Positions 1 to 11,634 of a DNA stretch of 64,000 bases are shown here, piece by piece (position 1 is the stretch's first letter; each line of letters begins with the position of its first letter). The position numbers and the translations under genes are program-made. The DNA lies in NCBI GenBank assembly GCA_903860975.1, contig CAIOSI010000001.1, positions 22,403 through 86,402 of the forward strand, given 5' to 3'. The stretch is from an uncultured Alphaproteobacteria bacterium (GTDB lineage: Bacteria; Pseudomonadota; Alphaproteobacteria; Caulobacterales; Caulobacteraceae). The notes under the pieces were generated by a model, which saw only the letters and a program-made list of their open reading frames with translations, was not told the origin of the DNA and ran no database searches.

Positions 1-1
1 G

Positions 2-529
2 CGCCACCGCACCATCGCCCTTGTGGGCTTGATGGGTGTCGGCAAGTCCAGCGTCGGCCGTCGGCTCGCCAACGCCTTGACGCTGCCGTTCCGCGATGCC
101 GACACCGAAATTGAGGCCGCGGCGGGTTGTTCAATTTCCGAGATCTTCAACAACCTCGGCGAAGCGGCCTTTCGAGAAGGCGAGCGGCGGGTGATCGCTC
201 GGCTGCTCGATCAGGAGCCCCATGTCCTGGCCACGGGCGGCGGTGCCTTCATTTCGTCGGAGACCCGCACCCTGATTAAGAGCAAGTCCATTTCAGTCTG
301 GTTGAAGGCGGACCTCTCGGTCCTGGCAAGGCGTGTTTCGCGCAAGGACAATCGGCCCCTGCTCGCTGGCAAAAACCCGATGGACGTTCTGCAGAGCCAA
401 GCGGACGCGCGCTATCCGACCTATGCGGAGGCTGACGTCATCGTCGAAACCGGCGATGCGGCGCACCACGTCACTGTCGATCAGGTGATCCGCGCCCTTA
501 GCGATCATATTGAGGCACACCCGTCATGA
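2..529 (+). CDS. aroK: shikimate kinase (5' end lies outside the window)
   Basis: Frame stays open to the window edge (..[18 protein letters not shown], Walker A). Shikimate-kinase-like length and sequence. The stop overlaps the aroB start (ATGA at 526-529). Confidence 0.9.
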   Translation, partial: RHRTIALVGLMGVGKSSVGRRLANALTLPFRDADTEIEAAAGCSISEIFNNLGEAAFREGERRVIARLLDQEPHVLATGGGAFISSETRTLIKSKSISVWLKADLSVLARRVSRKDNRPLLAGKNPMDVLQSQADARYPTYAEADVIVETGDAAHHVTVDQVIRALSDHIEAHPS

Positions 530-1635
530 CCCGCAAGATCGTCGTGGGCCTGGGCGCACGCGCCTACGATGTGCTGGTCGGGCCAGGCCTCATCGATCGC
601 GCCGGTGAAGCGATCAGGCCGCTGCTGAAACGTGGCCGCACCGCAATTGTAAGCGATGAGACCGTCTGGGCCCTCCATGGCGCGCGCCTGACCCGGGCGC
701 TTCAGGCGTCCGGGATCGAGGCGACCTCGGTGATCGTAGCGCCGGGTGAGCAGACCAAGAGCTTCGAAGGACTAGCCTATGTCACCGACCGCCTGTTAGC
801 GCTCGAGCTCGACCGCAGCGACCTGATCATTGCGTTTGGCGGCGGCGTGGTTGGCGACCTCGCGGGTTTTGCGGCGGCGATCTACAAGCGCGGCATCGAT
901 TTCGCACAGATCCCGACGACCCTCCTGGCGCAGGTGGACTCCTCGGTAGGCGGAAAGACCGCAATCGACACCGCGCGCGGTAAGAACCTGGTCGGCGCGT
1001 TCCACCAGCCCAAGGTCGTGCTGGCTGACCTTGAGGTGCTGGGCACACTCCCGGACCGACAGATGCGTGCTGGCTACGCAGAGATCATCAAATACGGCCT
1101 CATGGGCGACTTTCAGTTCTTCCAATGGCTGGAGGCCAATGCGGGCGCAGTCCTCTGCGGCGAGCCTGAAGCCTTGGCGCGAGCGGTTGGCCGCTCCATC
1201 GAGATGAAAGCTGAGATCGTGGCTGAGGACGAGACCGAGCAGGGACGCCGAGCGCTGCTCAATCTGGGCCACACATTTGGCCATGCGCTGGAGTCTGAGA
1301 CGGGCTATGGCGAAGCCCTGCTGCACGGGGAGGCGGTCGCCATCGGCATGGCGCTCGCCTTCCGTTTTTCCGCCTGGCTAGGGCTTTGTCCGACCCAGGA
1401 CGCCCAGCGGGCCAGCGCCGCGATTACCGCGGCGGGCTTGCCGACGTCCCTCGCCCAAGTCGCAAGCCATCCCTTCGACGCTGAAGGCCTGGCGCGCCAC
1501 ATGGCGCAGGACAAGAAGGCCGAGGGAGGCAAATTGACCTTCATCTTAGCCCGAAGTCTGGGCGAGGCCTTCGTCGCAAAGGACGTCAACGCCGAAGCGG
1601 TCACGACATTCCTCAAGCAGGAAGGAGCTGCCTGA
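526..1635 (+). CDS. aroB: 3-dehydroquinate synthase
   Basis: 369-aa ORF with [13 protein letters not shown] and [11 protein letters not shown] motifs typical of DHQ synthase. Translationally coupled to aroK. Confidence 0.92.
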   Translation: MTRKIVVGLGARAYDVLVGPGLIDRAGEAIRPLLKRGRTAIVSDETVWALHGARLTRALQASGIEATSVIVAPGEQTKSFEGLAYVTDRLLALELDRSDLIIAFGGGVVGDLAGFAAAIYKRGIDFAQIPTTLLAQVDSSVGGKTAIDTARGKNLVGAFHQPKVVLADLEVLGTLPDRQMRAGYAEIIKYGLMGDFQFFQWLEANAGAVLCGEPEALARAVGRSIEMKAEIVAEDETEQGRRALLNLGHTFGHALESETGYGEALLHGEAVAIGMALAFRFSAWLGLCPTQDAQRASAAITAAGLPTSLAQVASHPFDAEGLARHMAQDKKAEGGKLTFILARSLGEAFVAKDVNAEAVTTFLKQEGAA

Positions 1636-2912
1636 TGGCCGCCATCCTCGAGCTAGCGCCGATCATCTTTGGCCTGCTCGCGCTGTCAGCCCTATTCTCC
1701 GCCGCTGAGACAGCCCTGACCGGTGCCAGCCGGGGACGGATGCACCAACTGGAACGTGACGGAGACCGACCGGCCGGAAGGGTCAACCAGCTGCTGGCGG
1801 ACCGAGAGACGATGATCGGGGCCGTTCTGCTCGGCAACAACCTGATCAACATCCTGGCTTCGGCATTGGCGACCGAAGTGATCACGGGACAGATCAAAGG
1901 CGCCTGGGGCGTCGCGGCAGCGACCGGGGTCATGACTGTGCTGGTTCTGGTCTTCGCCGAAGTGCTACCCAAGACGCTGGCTATTCTGCGCTCCGACGAT
2001 GTCGCCCGGTTCCTATCGGGGCCAGCCCTGCTCATTGTGCGCGTGTTCGGACCGATCATCTTTACGATCCAATTTATCGTACGAAAGACGCTGGGCCTCT
2101 TCGGCGTGCGGCTGAATATGAAGATGGACGTGCTCGCCGCCCATGAAGAGATACGCGGCGCGGTCGAGTACCACCACTCCGGCGGCCTTGTGGGGACTGA
2201 GGACCGGTGGATGCTGGGCGGGGTGTTAGACCTCGCCGAAATGGATGTCAGCGAGGTGATGGTCCACCGAAAGGCGATTGCGACCATCAATGCCGATCTT
2301 AGCCCGCCCGACATACTCAAAGAAGCGCTCGCCAGCGGCCATAGCCGCTTGCCGCTCTATCGGGGGGAGCCGGAGAATATTGTCGGCGTTCTGCACAATA
2401 AGGACTTCCTGCAGGCCATCTCCGACGCTGATGGAAAGATCGAAGCCGTCGAAATGGGGCTCATTATCCGAGAACCCTGGTTCGTACCTGAAACCACCAG
2501 CCTGAAGGATCAGCTCGGCGCTTTTCTGAAACGCCGCGCCCATTTTGCGCTCGTCGTCGATGAATATGGCGCACTGCAGGGCCTACTCACTCTTGAGGAC
2601 ATTCTCGAGGAGATCGTGGGTGAGATCGAAGACGAGCATGACGTGGCTGTGCCGGGCGTGCGCGCTGCAGCTGACGGCTCCGTGACCGTCGATGGTTCGG
2701 TGACCATCCGCGATCTTAACCGCGCGATGAACTGGGACCTGCCTGACGACGAGGCGGTGACCGTTGCGGGTTTGCTGATCCACGAGGCGCGGCGGATCCC
2801 CGACGCAGGTCAGACCTTCACCTTCCATCGCCACCGCTTCAGCGTGCTTGAGCGCAAGGTCAACCGCGTGACCAAGCTGCAGATTTGGCCAGCAGCGGAG
2901 CGCACGGCATGA
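1635..2912 (+). CDS. CNNM/TlyC-family membrane protein (DUF21 + CBS pair + CorC/HlyC C-terminal domain)
   Basis: 425-aa ORF with a hydrophobic N-terminal third, a CBS-pair-like middle and a transporter-associated C-terminus. The start overlaps the aroB stop (TGATG). Confidence 0.8.
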   Translation: MAAILELAPIIFGLLALSALFSAAETALTGASRGRMHQLERDGDRPAGRVNQLLADRETMIGAVLLGNNLINILASALATEVITGQIKGAWGVAAATGVMTVLVLVFAEVLPKTLAILRSDDVARFLSGPALLIVRVFGPIIFTIQFIVRKTLGLFGVRLNMKMDVLAAHEEIRGAVEYHHSGGLVGTEDRWMLGGVLDLAEMDVSEVMVHRKAIATINADLSPPDILKEALASGHSRLPLYRGEPENIVGVLHNKDFLQAISDADGKIEAVEMGLIIREPWFVPETTSLKDQLGAFLKRRAHFALVVDEYGALQGLLTLEDILEEIVGEIEDEHDVAVPGVRAAADGSVTVDGSVTIRDLNRAMNWDLPDDEAVTVAGLLIHEARRIPDAGQTFTFHRHRFSVLERKVNRVTKLQIWPAAERTA

Positions 2913-3286
2913 CCGGTGAAGCCGACCTCGCAGGCCTGCGGGTTCTCGTTGTGGAAGACGATATGATGGTCTGTCTGCTGATCGAGGACATGCTGGCCGA
3001 CCTTGGCTGCCTTGTGGTGGGGCCCGCAGGGCGGCTGGACGAAGCCTTCGTCCTGGCCGAGATGGGGAACTTCGACTGCGCCTTGCTTGACATGAACTTG
3101 AACGGTCAATCGATTTTTCCGGTCGCCGACGTCCTGCGCGAACGCAATTGTCCGTTCGCCTTCGCCACAGGCTACGGAGACTCAAGGCTGCGCGAGGTCG
3201 ATAAGGGGGCGTTGGTCTTGCAAAAGCCCTTCCGAAACGGCGATCTGGCCCGCGTGCTAGGCGAGCTTCGCAACCGGGCCGGCTAG
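2909..3286 (+). CDS. single-domain response regulator (receiver domain only)
   Basis: ATG at 2909 overlaps the upstream TGA (ATGA). LRVLVVEDD..LLDMNL..KPF receiver signature with no output domain. Confidence 0.75.
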   Translation: MTGEADLAGLRVLVVEDDMMVCLLIEDMLADLGCLVVGPAGRLDEAFVLAEMGNFDCALLDMNLNGQSIFPVADVLRERNCPFAFATGYGDSRLREVDKGALVLQKPFRNGDLARVLGELRNRAG

Positions 3287-3529
3287 ATCGCGCTCAGGCC
3301 ACCAGATGGATCCTGGAAAGGTTTGTTGTCCTGATCCGCAAACGACCTGGCGGCGGGTTGACGAGCCGGAGGCTTCGAGGGTGACGAAGACCTTTCTTGG
3401 CGCAATCGCGAAGGCCTGGTCGCCGCCCAAATTGCCCGTCACCACAGCGGCAGACACGCCTTTGATGTCGTTCAAGTTGGTGATGTTCGCGCTGAGCTTG
3501 GTGCCCGGCGCAATCCCCTCCGCGCTCAC
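3257..3529 (-). CDS. tentative small TOBE/Mop-like ORF downstream of the molybdoenzyme operon
   Basis: 90-aa GTG ORF on the same strand, directly after the molybdopterin subunit. The first ~60 codons show strong G/C third-position bias. KLSANITNLNDIKGVSAAVVTGNLGG resembles the SARN..G.V..I..G.V.A.V...GG opening of TOBE domains. The C-terminal half does not fit, and there is a 30-nt convergent overlap with 2909..3286. Confidence 0.25.
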   Translation of the reverse strand: MSAEGIAPGTKLSANITNLNDIKGVSAAVVTGNLGGDQAFAIAPRKVFVTLEASGSSTRRQVVCGSGQQTFPGSIWWPERDLAGPVAKLA

Positions 3530-3619
3530 AATCGATTCAACGCGATGGCCGAACGCTCTCGATCACCGCGACGCCACGGTTATTTTGAAGTGGTTTTGTA
3601 ACGGCCGCTATCCCAGGCT

Positions 3620-5878
3620 TCAGAGGGCCTCTAAAGCCGCCAGAAGCTTGTCGGGAGTTATCGGATAATCCCGCACTCTGGCGCCGCAGGCATTGTAGAT
3701 GGCGTTGGCCACAGCCGCCCCCGCGCCGGAAATCCCGAGCTCGCCGACACCCTTGATACCCATCGGATTTGCCTTGTCGTCCACTTCATCGAGCATGATG
3801 GCTTCGATCTCGCCAATGTCGGCCTGGACCGGCACCAAGTATCCCGCCAAATCCTGGTTGATCAAAGAGCCGTAGTGCGGATCAACCGAATTGCCCTCGG
3901 TAAGCGCCGAGCCCACCCCCCAGATCATACCCCCTGTGAGCTGACTGCGAGCCGTCTTCCAGTTGAGAATGCGGCCGGCCGCAAAGACGCCCAGCATGCG
4001 CCGGGTTCGGACCTCTCCGGTGACGGTGTCAACGGCCACTTCGACATAGTGGGCGCCGTAGGTATGGGAGCTCCACTTGCCCGCGTCGGCGGCAGGTCGG
4101 ATCTCGCCTTCCGCGGTCAGCCCCTCAGGCCGATTGCGCCGGATAAGATCCGAAAGCCGCTCAGAGCGATTGGAGATCGCAATGACGCCGTCCTGGAAGG
4201 TGATATCCTCAGATGGTCCACCAAAGAGCGGCGAGGCCAGATCAGCGACTGCGATTTCAGCGATCGCTTTGCGTAGGTTCATGCCGGCGTCGAGCGCAGC
4301 CGAGCCCGCTGTGGCCGCCCCGAATTGGCCACCCGATCCAGGCGCTGGCGGCAGCTCGCTGTCGCCGATCTCAACGCGGACGTCGCCAAGTGGAACACCC
4401 AAGGTCTCCGCCGCGATCTGGGCTAACACCGTGTAGGTGCCCGTACCGATATCGGTCATGCCCTGCTTGACTGTAATCACCCCCTCAGCGTCGACCGTGA
4501 AGCTGCACTTGGCCGGTAGCAGGAAGTTGCCGCGGATGGCGGCCGCCATGCCGAAGCCGATCAACCAGCGGCCCTGGCGAACCTGGCCGGGCTTAGGATT
4601 GCGGCGATCCCATCCGAATAGCTGGGCCCCTTCTCGCATGCACCGGACAAGTTGTCGGATGGAGAATGGCTTGCCGGTCTCGGGATCGGTCGGCGGCTCG
4701 TTGAGGATACGCAGCTCAACGGGGTCCATGCCGAGCTTTTCAGCCAGCTCGTCCATGGCCACTTCCAGGCTGAGCGTGCCTGACGCCTCGCCTGGCGCAC
4801 GCATCGCGCTCGCCACGGGCAGGTCAAGCCGGACCAGCTGATGTCCGGTCAGACGATTCGGCGCCGCATAAAGGCTGCGGGCGAAATTTGAAGCGTGCTC
4901 CGTGAAATTGCCGCGTCGGTCGCAATGTGTGGTGGTCATCAGCGACATGGCCGTAAGCTTGCCCTCGGCCGTTGCGCCAAGTCGCACCCGCACCTCAGTC
5001 GCTGGGCGATGTACGGTGCCGTGCATCATCTGCTGACGGGAAAACGCCACCTTCACCGGTCGGCCGAGCTCACGCGCGGCGAGCGAGGCCAAGACTAGGT
5101 CTTCGTAAAACGATCCCTTGCCGCCGAAACCGCCGCCAACATAGCGGGTCAAGAGTCGCACCGACTTGTGCGGGATCATCAATGTTTCGGCGAGCGAGCT
5201 CTGAGCGAAGCGCACCATCTGAACGGAGGTGTGGACCGTCAGTTGCTCGCCCTCCCACCAGGCGGTGGTGGCGCAAGGCTCCATCTGGCAGTGGTTCTGC
5301 AGCGGCGTACGCCAATTGTCGTCGATCTTCACAGGCGCGGCCGCGAAGGCCGCCTCGAAGTCACCGATCTCAGTGTCGGACTCGCCCGGTGGCTGAACAG
5401 CCTCATCAAAGTGATCATGGAAGATGACAGACTGCGGTTCAGTCTCGAAGGACAGTTTGACCAAGGCGGCTGCGGCCTGAGCGTTCTCAAGGGTGTCAGC
5501 GACAACGATCGCCACCTGCTGGCCGAAGAAATGGACCCGTTCCGATTCCAACGCAGGACGGGGCGAGGGCGTGAAGAAATCATATCGCGCAGGGCGCGGC
5601 CCTTGCGCGGGTACGTTCTTGTAGGTCCAGACCAAATGCACGCCTGGCGAGGCTTCGGCGGCGGCTGTGTCGACATTGGAGATCCGACCATGGGCGATCG
5701 ACGCCGAAAGCAGCACTCCATAGGCCGGGGGTGACGGGGGTTCGACCTCATAGGCATATGGTGCGGTGCCCGTGACTTTGAGCGGGCCTTCATAGCGATC
5801 TACGGCTTTGCCGATGTTTCCGGCGCGGTTTTCCTTTACCGGATTGCTCGTGGCTTCCCAGTCACTGACCGAGCTCAT
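3620..5878 (-). CDS. xanthine dehydrogenase family protein, molybdopterin-binding large subunit
   Basis: 752-aa ORF with aldehyde-oxidase/XDH hammerhead and Moco-binding regions ([12 protein letters not shown]). ATGA overlap with the FAD subunit stop. Confidence 0.9.
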   Translation of the reverse strand: MSSVSDWEATSNPVKENRAGNIGKAVDRYEGPLKVTGTAPYAYEVEPPSPPAYGVLLSASIAHGRISNVDTAAAEASPGVHLVWTYKNVPAQGPRPARYDFFTPSPRPALESERVHFFGQQVAIVVADTLENAQAAAALVKLSFETEPQSVIFHDHFDEAVQPPGESDTEIGDFEAAFAAAPVKIDDNWRTPLQNHCQMEPCATTAWWEGEQLTVHTSVQMVRFAQSSLAETLMIPHKSVRLLTRYVGGGFGGKGSFYEDLVLASLAARELGRPVKVAFSRQQMMHGTVHRPATEVRVRLGATAEGKLTAMSLMTTTHCDRRGNFTEHASNFARSLYAAPNRLTGHQLVRLDLPVASAMRAPGEASGTLSLEVAMDELAEKLGMDPVELRILNEPPTDPETGKPFSIRQLVRCMREGAQLFGWDRRNPKPGQVRQGRWLIGFGMAAAIRGNFLLPAKCSFTVDAEGVITVKQGMTDIGTGTYTVLAQIAAETLGVPLGDVRVEIGDSELPPAPGSGGQFGAATAGSAALDAGMNLRKAIAEIAVADLASPLFGGPSEDITFQDGVIAISNRSERLSDLIRRNRPEGLTAEGEIRPAADAGKWSSHTYGAHYVEVAVDTVTGEVRTRRMLGVFAAGRILNWKTARSQLTGGMIWGVGSALTEGNSVDPHYGSLINQDLAGYLVPVQADIGEIEAIMLDEVDDKANPMGIKGVGELGISGAGAAVANAIYNACGARVRDYPITPDKLLAALEAL

Positions 5879-6825
5879 ATTTGACTCCCATTCGCTTGGG
5901 CGATCGCGACGGGGACTAAGCGGGCGATCAGGTCGATCTTGAATCTGTTGCGACCATTGTTGCTGGCCTCAGAAAGTTCCGCCGCAATAGCCTCGGCGCT
6001 GGAAGAGCCCGACGCCAATGCGGCCTCCGCCTTCTCCGCCCGCCACGGCTTGTGGGCCACGCAGCCCAGGGCGACGTTGCCGCCAGCGATGGCGACGCTG
6101 GCCAGGCCAGCGGCGTATGAGGCCCGGTCGCGGACTTTTCGATAGACCTGTCCGCCCTTGGGCGGCGGCGGCAGAACCACGGCGGTGATCAACTCCCCCG
6201 GGATCAAATGCGTCTCGATGTCCGGGGTCTCGCCCGGCAGCCGATGGAGTTCCGTGGCGGCGAAGCTGCGTACCTGACCGGAAGGCGACAAGGTCTCGAC
6301 CTTGGCGTCCAACGCGGCCAGCGCGATCGCCATGTCCGACGGGTGGGTGGCGATGCAGGCGTGGCTGGCGCCGAAAATCGCCGAATTGCGGTTCAGGCCC
6401 TCAAGCGCGCCGCAGCCTGAGCCAGGCTGGCGTTTATTGCAGGGCTTGGTGCTGTCGTAGAAATAAACGCAGCGCGTGCGCTGCATCAAGTTTCCGCCCG
6501 TCGTCGCCTTGTTACGAAGCTGGCCCGAGCCCCCGGCGACGATGGCCTGTGTGAGAACCGGATAACGGCTGCGAACCTGCGCGTGAGCGGCCACGTGGCT
6601 GTTGGTCGCCATGGCGCCAATCCGCAGGCCGCCTTCAGACGTGTCCTCGATGCCCGCCAATGGCAGGCGACCGACGTCGATCAGATGGGCGGGATGCTCA
6701 ATTTCGAGCTTCATCAGATCCAGAAGATTGGTGCCGCCGGCGATGAACTTCGAATTGGGTATCTCGGCGGCTGACTTCACCGCCGCTTGGGTGCTCGTCG
6801 CACGCTCAAAAGTAAACGGCCTCAT
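5875..6825 (-). CDS. xanthine dehydrogenase family protein, FAD-binding medium subunit
   Basis: Start taken at MRPFTFERA (the ORF-track M20), which gives a 4-nt overlap with the upstream stop. [13 protein letters not shown] matches an FAD-binding PCMH-type motif. Confidence 0.85.
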   Translation of the reverse strand: MRPFTFERATSTQAAVKSAAEIPNSKFIAGGTNLLDLMKLEIEHPAHLIDVGRLPLAGIEDTSEGGLRIGAMATNSHVAAHAQVRSRYPVLTQAIVAGGSGQLRNKATTGGNLMQRTRCVYFYDSTKPCNKRQPGSGCGALEGLNRNSAIFGASHACIATHPSDMAIALAALDAKVETLSPSGQVRSFAATELHRLPGETPDIETHLIPGELITAVVLPPPPKGGQVYRKVRDRASYAAGLASVAIAGGNVALGCVAHKPWRAEKAEAALASGSSSAEAIAAELSEASNNGRNRFKIDLIARLVPVAIAQANGSQI

Positions 6826-7328
6826 GCCGGCCGCCCTGAGACAGCGCGGATCGCCGCTACAATCTGTGGATAGGCCGAGCAACGGCAGATGTTTCCACTC
6901 ATACGCTCTCGCAATTCATCGTCAGTAAGTCGGATGGATCCCATAAGATCTTCGGTCTCCTGGCTAGGCCAGTTATCGGCGACCTCTTGGAGCATCCCCA
7001 GCGCCGAACAAATCTGACCCGGCGTGCAATAGCCGCACTGGAAGGCGTCCTCTGTCAGAAATGCCTGCTGAATCGGCGCAAGCTTCTCGACCGTACCGAC
7101 GCCTTCGATGGTGGTTACGGCGTCGCCGTCGTGCATCACCGCCAAAGACAGGCACGAATTGATCCGCGTCCCGTTCACCAGGACGGTGCAGGCACCGCAT
7201 TGGCCGTGGTCACAGCCCTTCTTCGTGCCGGTCAGATGCAGGGTCTCGCGCAGCGCATCCAGCAGCGTCGTGCGGGGATCGACGTCGAGCGCCCGTGATT
7301 CTCCATTGACGGTAATGGTGGTCTTCAA
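6822..7328 (-). CDS. (2Fe-2S)-binding small subunit of the XDH-family enzyme
   Basis: Cys clusters [11 protein letters not shown] and CGYCTPG. I prefer the TTG at 7328 ([16 protein letters not shown] 8 nt upstream). The longest ORF starts at 7391. Confidence 0.85.
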   Translation of the reverse strand: MKTTITVNGESRALDVDPRTTLLDALRETLHLTGTKKGCDHGQCGACTVLVNGTRINSCLSLAVMHDGDAVTTIEGVGTVEKLAPIQQAFLTEDAFQCGYCTPGQICSALGMLQEVADNWPSQETEDLMGSIRLTDDELRERMSGNICRCSAYPQIVAAIRAVSGRPA

Positions 7329-7410
7329 GCCAAGGACTCCCCGGATCGTATCGGCCGCTAAGCCACGCCAAAGACTGCCTCGGCGCGCCATACGTAAGCC
7401 AGTCTAAACG

Positions 7411-7698
7411 CTAGCTATCGCCCGGCGCCAGCGCCTTCACTGAAAGCGCATGCAGCGGCCCGGCCAGTTCTTCCGCCAGAGCGCGATAGACCATTCGCTG
7501 CCGCGCCACCTTCGAAGCGCCGGCGAAGGCTATCGACTCAATCAGCACGTTGAAATGGCTCTCGCCGCCAGGATGAGCCCCGGCATGACCGGCGTGGCGG
7601 GCGGAATCATCTTCGATCTCGAGGCGCGAAGGCGAGAAGGCTGACCTGAGTTTTTGACGGATGGCATCAGATATGGCGCCCATTGTCCTCATCTTCAA
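7411..7698 (-). CDS. bolA: BolA family protein
   Basis: 95-aa ORF with the BolA-like pattern HAGHAG..ESHFNVLIES..F.G...V.RQRMVY.AL. Confidence 0.85.
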   Translation of the reverse strand: MKMRTMGAISDAIRQKLRSAFSPSRLEIEDDSARHAGHAGAHPGGESHFNVLIESIAFAGASKVARQRMVYRALAEELAGPLHALSVKALAPGDS

Positions 7699-7735
7699 TT
7701 CTTGAAAGCGATTATCTCAGCCCCATACTTGGCGC

Positions 7736-8386
7736 ATGTCCGCTGCGTTTCACTATAAGCCCAGATTCGTCGATATCCGCGTACGCCCCCCCAAGCCGGA
7801 GGAGGATGCACGGACTGAGGACGTCAATGCGTTGAAGCCCGGCGAGCGGGCCTGCGATCACCCCGGCTGCCGTCTGGCGGCGACCGCGCGGGCCCCCAAA
7901 TCGCGCGATATGCTGAACGAGCACTACTGGTTCTGTCAGCCACACGCGGCCGAATACAATCGCAATTGGAACTTCTTCGCTGGCCTCAGCGAGGCCGAGG
8001 TCCGCCGCCGACAGCAGGATGAAATGTTTACGGGCGGGCGACCAACTTGGGAGATGAAGGCTGGCCGGATGTCGCGCGAGGCCGCGGCCTTCTCCAACAA
8101 ATTCCGCAAGGGTGAGGGCTATCGCGACCCCTTCAACCTGTTCGGTAAGAACGGCGGCAAGCCTATCGCGGAGGCTGAGACCCGCGCTATGGGCAAGATC
8201 GAGCGCAATGCGCTGGCCGACCTTGACCTCGACGCCAACGCCGACGGCCCGAAAATCCGCGCCCGCTATACCGAGCTGGTTCGCCGGCTACACCCAGACG
8301 CAAACGGCGGCGACCGCGCCGGCGAACACCGCTTGCAACGGGTGATCAAGGCCTACCAGTCCTTGCGCAAGGCCGGGATGGTCTAG
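7736..8386 (+). CDS. J-domain (DnaJ-like) protein
   Basis: 216-aa ORF. C-terminal J domain with YTELVRRLHPDANGGD (HPD motif). Divergent from bolA, a pairing I recall as conserved in Alphaproteobacteria. Confidence 0.75.
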   Translation: MSAAFHYKPRFVDIRVRPPKPEEDARTEDVNALKPGERACDHPGCRLAATARAPKSRDMLNEHYWFCQPHAAEYNRNWNFFAGLSEAEVRRRQQDEMFTGGRPTWEMKAGRMSREAAAFSNKFRKGEGYRDPFNLFGKNGGKPIAEAETRAMGKIERNALADLDLDANADGPKIRARYTELVRRLHPDANGGDRAGEHRLQRVIKAYQSLRKAGMV

Positions 8387-8454
8387 ACGGAGCACGCCCA
8401 GGCTGCGCAGGTGCCGCCGGCGAAGTGAAGCCCCCAAGCATCATGTTGGACGCG

Positions 8455-9456
8455 CTAGGCCTCTGCCTCAGCCAATGTCAGCTCGGTATCGACGGCCGAT
8501 TGCATCGCCGGGGCATAACGCGAGCCCGTCACCGTGCGCTCGTTCACCACTTCATCGACCTTAGCCACGGTCTCCGACGTCAAAGTGACCGCTGCTGCGC
8601 CAGCGTTTTCGCGCATGTGCTTGGGTCGGGTGGTGCCTGGGATCGAAACCAAGGTCGGATCTTTCTGCATCAGCCAGGCCAGGCACAGCTGCGCCGGCGT
8701 GCAGCCGGCCTCGGTTGCGACGGCGTTGAATTGCTCGAGTAAGCGCAGGTTCGCCGCCAAGGCTTCGCCCTGGAATCGCGGCATGGCGATCCGCATGTCG
8801 CCGGCCTGGAACTTGGCAGGATCGCTCGCGCCTCCGGCCAGGAAGCCACGCCCGACCGGTGAGAATGCCACAAACGTGACGCCAAGATCATGACAGGCGT
8901 CAAGGACGGCAATTTCCGGGTTGCGGGTCCAGGGTGAGTATTCGGTCTGCAGGGCGGCGATCGGATGGGTCGCGTGGGCGCGGCGCAGAACCGGGGCGGA
9001 GACTTCCGAAAGCCCGATGGCGCGGATTTTCCCTTCGGCCAATAAATCTGACAACGCCCCAACACTGTCCTCAATCGGCACGCGCTTATCCCAACGGTGC
9101 AGATAGTAGAGGTCGATAACATCGGTTTGCAGGCGCTTGAGGCTGCGTTCGCAGGTGTCCTTGATGTTGGCCGGGCTACCGTTGATCCCGCGCTCGTCGC
9201 CCACGGTGATGCCGCACTTCGAAGCGAGCGTGAACTTGTCGCGATGCGCGCCAAGCACCTCACCGACCAGGGTCTCGTTGTGGCCCAAACCATAGACTGC
9301 GGCGGTGTCGAAGAAGGTGTAGCCGGCATCGAGCGCGCCCAGCAGAACCCGTTCGGCCTGTTCGCGCGAGGTCGCAGGACCATAACCCGAAGACAGCCCC
9401 ATGCATCCCAGTCCGATCGCCGAGACTTCAAACGGACCGATGCTGCGTTTATCCAT
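8455..9456 (-). CDS. aldo/keto reductase
   Basis: AKR-like sequence from MDKRSIGPFEVSAIGLGCMGLS onward. Start moved to ORF-track M52 because the upstream 51 codons are R/G-rich and look non-coding. Confidence 0.88.
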   Translation of the reverse strand: MDKRSIGPFEVSAIGLGCMGLSSGYGPATSREQAERVLLGALDAGYTFFDTAAVYGLGHNETLVGEVLGAHRDKFTLASKCGITVGDERGINGSPANIKDTCERSLKRLQTDVIDLYYLHRWDKRVPIEDSVGALSDLLAEGKIRAIGLSEVSAPVLRRAHATHPIAALQTEYSPWTRNPEIAVLDACHDLGVTFVAFSPVGRGFLAGGASDPAKFQAGDMRIAMPRFQGEALAANLRLLEQFNAVATEAGCTPAQLCLAWLMQKDPTLVSIPGTTRPKHMRENAGAAAVTLTSETVAKVDEVVNERTVTGSRYAPAMQSAVDTELTLAEAEA

Positions 9457-9786
9457 TTGGACGTGTCCTTTAGAGATTTTGGCGAAAGACAGCTTGGGCG
9501 ACATTGCGTCAAGAGCGTTGCCGCTCGTCCCTGCTGGGCCGCGGCTCGTCGCTGGCCCGACGCCTGATCGCCCCCAGATCTCGCGTCTTGTCACGCGCGT
9601 CGCACACAAGGCAAGGCCCCGCCATCACCTCGTCCAAATCAAACCGGATAGGCATGCGTCGCAAACGGCGGGCGTAAGGACGCGCGAACACCGGGCTCGC
9701 CGATCATCTCGATGCGGCGCCAAATCGAGGTGCTTTGCAAGCCCTGCGAGATCACCGATCCAGCGCATGATGTTGCCCATGCTGCC

Positions 9787-10281
9787 CTAAAACCCAAGAG
9801 CCGCCGGCGACCCCAAACTCTCGCGCTTCCGGGTTGCGAGCCGCAGGTATTTGTTTGCAGCCGGCCAAAGGGCCAGGAACGGGGCGAATTGGGTGCGCTG
9901 GACCGACATCTTCGCGGTAGCGCCGCGGGTCAGGACTGCGTTAGCGCCTCTACCAGCCTCAACAGGGTCGCGGTCTTGGAAGCCGCGCGCCAAACGTTGC
10001 GCTGTCTGTGGGTCTACCTCTGCAATGTCGACGATGCTGGGGACCCGGTTTCGTGAGCCCGGCTGGCCATGCCCCATCGCCGTGTTGAGGTCGCCGCGCG
10101 ACAGAAGGCCGGGCTCTGGTGTGACACCGCCCATCACCTCCATCTCGGTGCGCACGATGCGACAGGATTTGGCGACCTTGAGCGCGCGCAGAAGTCCGTC
10201 ACGGATAAATCGAAGTACCGTCCGGGGATGTAACTTTAGTCGTTCGGCGAATTATTGGACGGTGTAGACGTCTTGCGACAT
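9787..10281 (-). pseudogene. excisionase-type HTH + TOBE-domain regulator interrupted by one in-frame TAA
   Basis: ATG at 10281 gives MSQDVYTVQ, then TAA (10252-10254), then [32 protein letters not shown] (HTH_17-like) in the same frame. Downstream, SRNRVPSIVDIAEVD...AVLTRGA...FLALWPAANKYLRLA resembles a TOBE domain. The ORF track only calls 9787..10155. Confidence 0.5.
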
Positions 10282-10344
10282 GAGGCGCGGACTGCGAGTT
10301 CATGTTCCTTGGAATCTATCACGCCATTTCAGGAAGTAATCGCG

Positions 10345-11628
10345 GTGAAAATATCCCTATTGGGGGCTATTTCGGGCCTGTCGTTGGCCGGCATGACGCA
10401 GGCTGCGGAGCCGACGCGGTATCTGTTGCAGCCTCAGGCGGTCTGGAGCGCTGGCGATAGTGCGCCGCACGCGGGCTGGGTCGTGGCGATTGAAGGCGAC
10501 AAGATTACCGCGGTCGGACCGAAGGCGGCCGTAAAGGCTCCCGCCGGCGCACAGATCCTCGCCCTGCCCGGCCAGACCTTGATCCCCGGTCTGATCGAAT
10601 TGCATTCGCACCTGCTCTTGCACGCTTACGGCGACGTAGCCTGGGACGATCAGGTGCTCAAGGAGCCACCCGCCTACCGCATTCTGCGCGCCGGGCGTGA
10701 CGCCACCCGGACCCTGATGAGCGGCTTTACCAGCGAGCGCGATCTCGGAACTGAAGGCGCCGCCGATGCGGACGTCCAGCTCAAACGCGCGATCGACGAG
10801 GAGATCGTGCCTGGCCCTCGCCTGTTCGTGACGACCAGAGCGATCGTGGCGACCGGCAGCTATGGTCCAAAGAAGGGCTTCCGCGCTGATATGGAGCTGC
10901 CACAGGGTGCCCAGGAGATCTCGGGCGAAGCCGAAATGGTCAAGGCCGTACGCGAACAGGCGGCCATGGGCGCCGACTGGATCAAACTCTACGCCGACTA
11001 TCGCACCGGTCCTGATGGCTCAACGCGCCCGACGCTCACCGAAAGAGAAATGGCCGCAGCGGTCGAGGTGGCGCACGCCTCAGGTCGGCCGGTTGCGGCG
11101 CACGCTGCCAGCGATGCTGGTATTCGCAACGCTGTTTTGGCCGGTGTTGACACGATTGAGCATGGCTATGGCGCCTCGGAGGCGACTTTCCGGATGATGA
11201 AGGCCAAGGCCATCGCCTATGTGCCAACACTCACTGCGCCTGAGGCCACGTCAATCTACTTCCAGCACTATGTACCGGGCCAGTCGCCGGCGACGGGAGC
11301 CATGCAAGCTGCTGAGAGCGCGTTTCGCCTGGCCCTGAGTGTTGGCGTCACGATCGGAGCCGGCTCCGACGTCGGCGTCTTTCCTCACGGCGAGAGCTGG
11401 CGAGAGCTCGCCTGGATGGTCAAGGACGGGATGACACCCGTTCAAGCCCTGACCGCGGCCACGGCAACCAATGCCAAGATCCTCGGGCGCGAGGCGCGGC
11501 TTGGGCAGGTGAAGGCCGGCTACGTCGCCGACCTGGTCGCTGTGTCCGGCGATCCCACCCAGCAGATCGCGGCGTTGAAAGACGTTCGTTTCGTCATGAA
11601 GGGCGGCAAGGTCTACCGCCAGCCCTAG
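10345..11628 (+). CDS. secreted amidohydrolase family protein
   Basis: GTG at 10345 with AGGAAG 8 nt upstream gives the signal peptide [27 protein letters not shown] and DTIEHG are metal-ligand motifs of the amidohydrolase superfamily. Confidence 0.85.
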   Translation: MKISLLGAISGLSLAGMTQAAEPTRYLLQPQAVWSAGDSAPHAGWVVAIEGDKITAVGPKAAVKAPAGAQILALPGQTLIPGLIELHSHLLLHAYGDVAWDDQVLKEPPAYRILRAGRDATRTLMSGFTSERDLGTEGAADADVQLKRAIDEEIVPGPRLFVTTRAIVATGSYGPKKGFRADMELPQGAQEISGEAEMVKAVREQAAMGADWIKLYADYRTGPDGSTRPTLTEREMAAAVEVAHASGRPVAAHAASDAGIRNAVLAGVDTIEHGYGASEATFRMMKAKAIAYVPTLTAPEATSIYFQHYVPGQSPATGAMQAAESAFRLALSVGVTIGAGSDVGVFPHGESWRELAWMVKDGMTPVQALTAATATNAKILGREARLGQVKAGYVADLVAVSGDPTQQIAALKDVRFVMKGGKVYRQP

Positions 11629-11634
11629 CGCGGT

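Noticed and set aside
9509-9691. 60-aa minus ORF in the gap between the aldo/keto reductase and the HTH-TOBE pseudogene.
   Set aside because: Arg-rich, with no motif and no RBS. Treated as intergenic.
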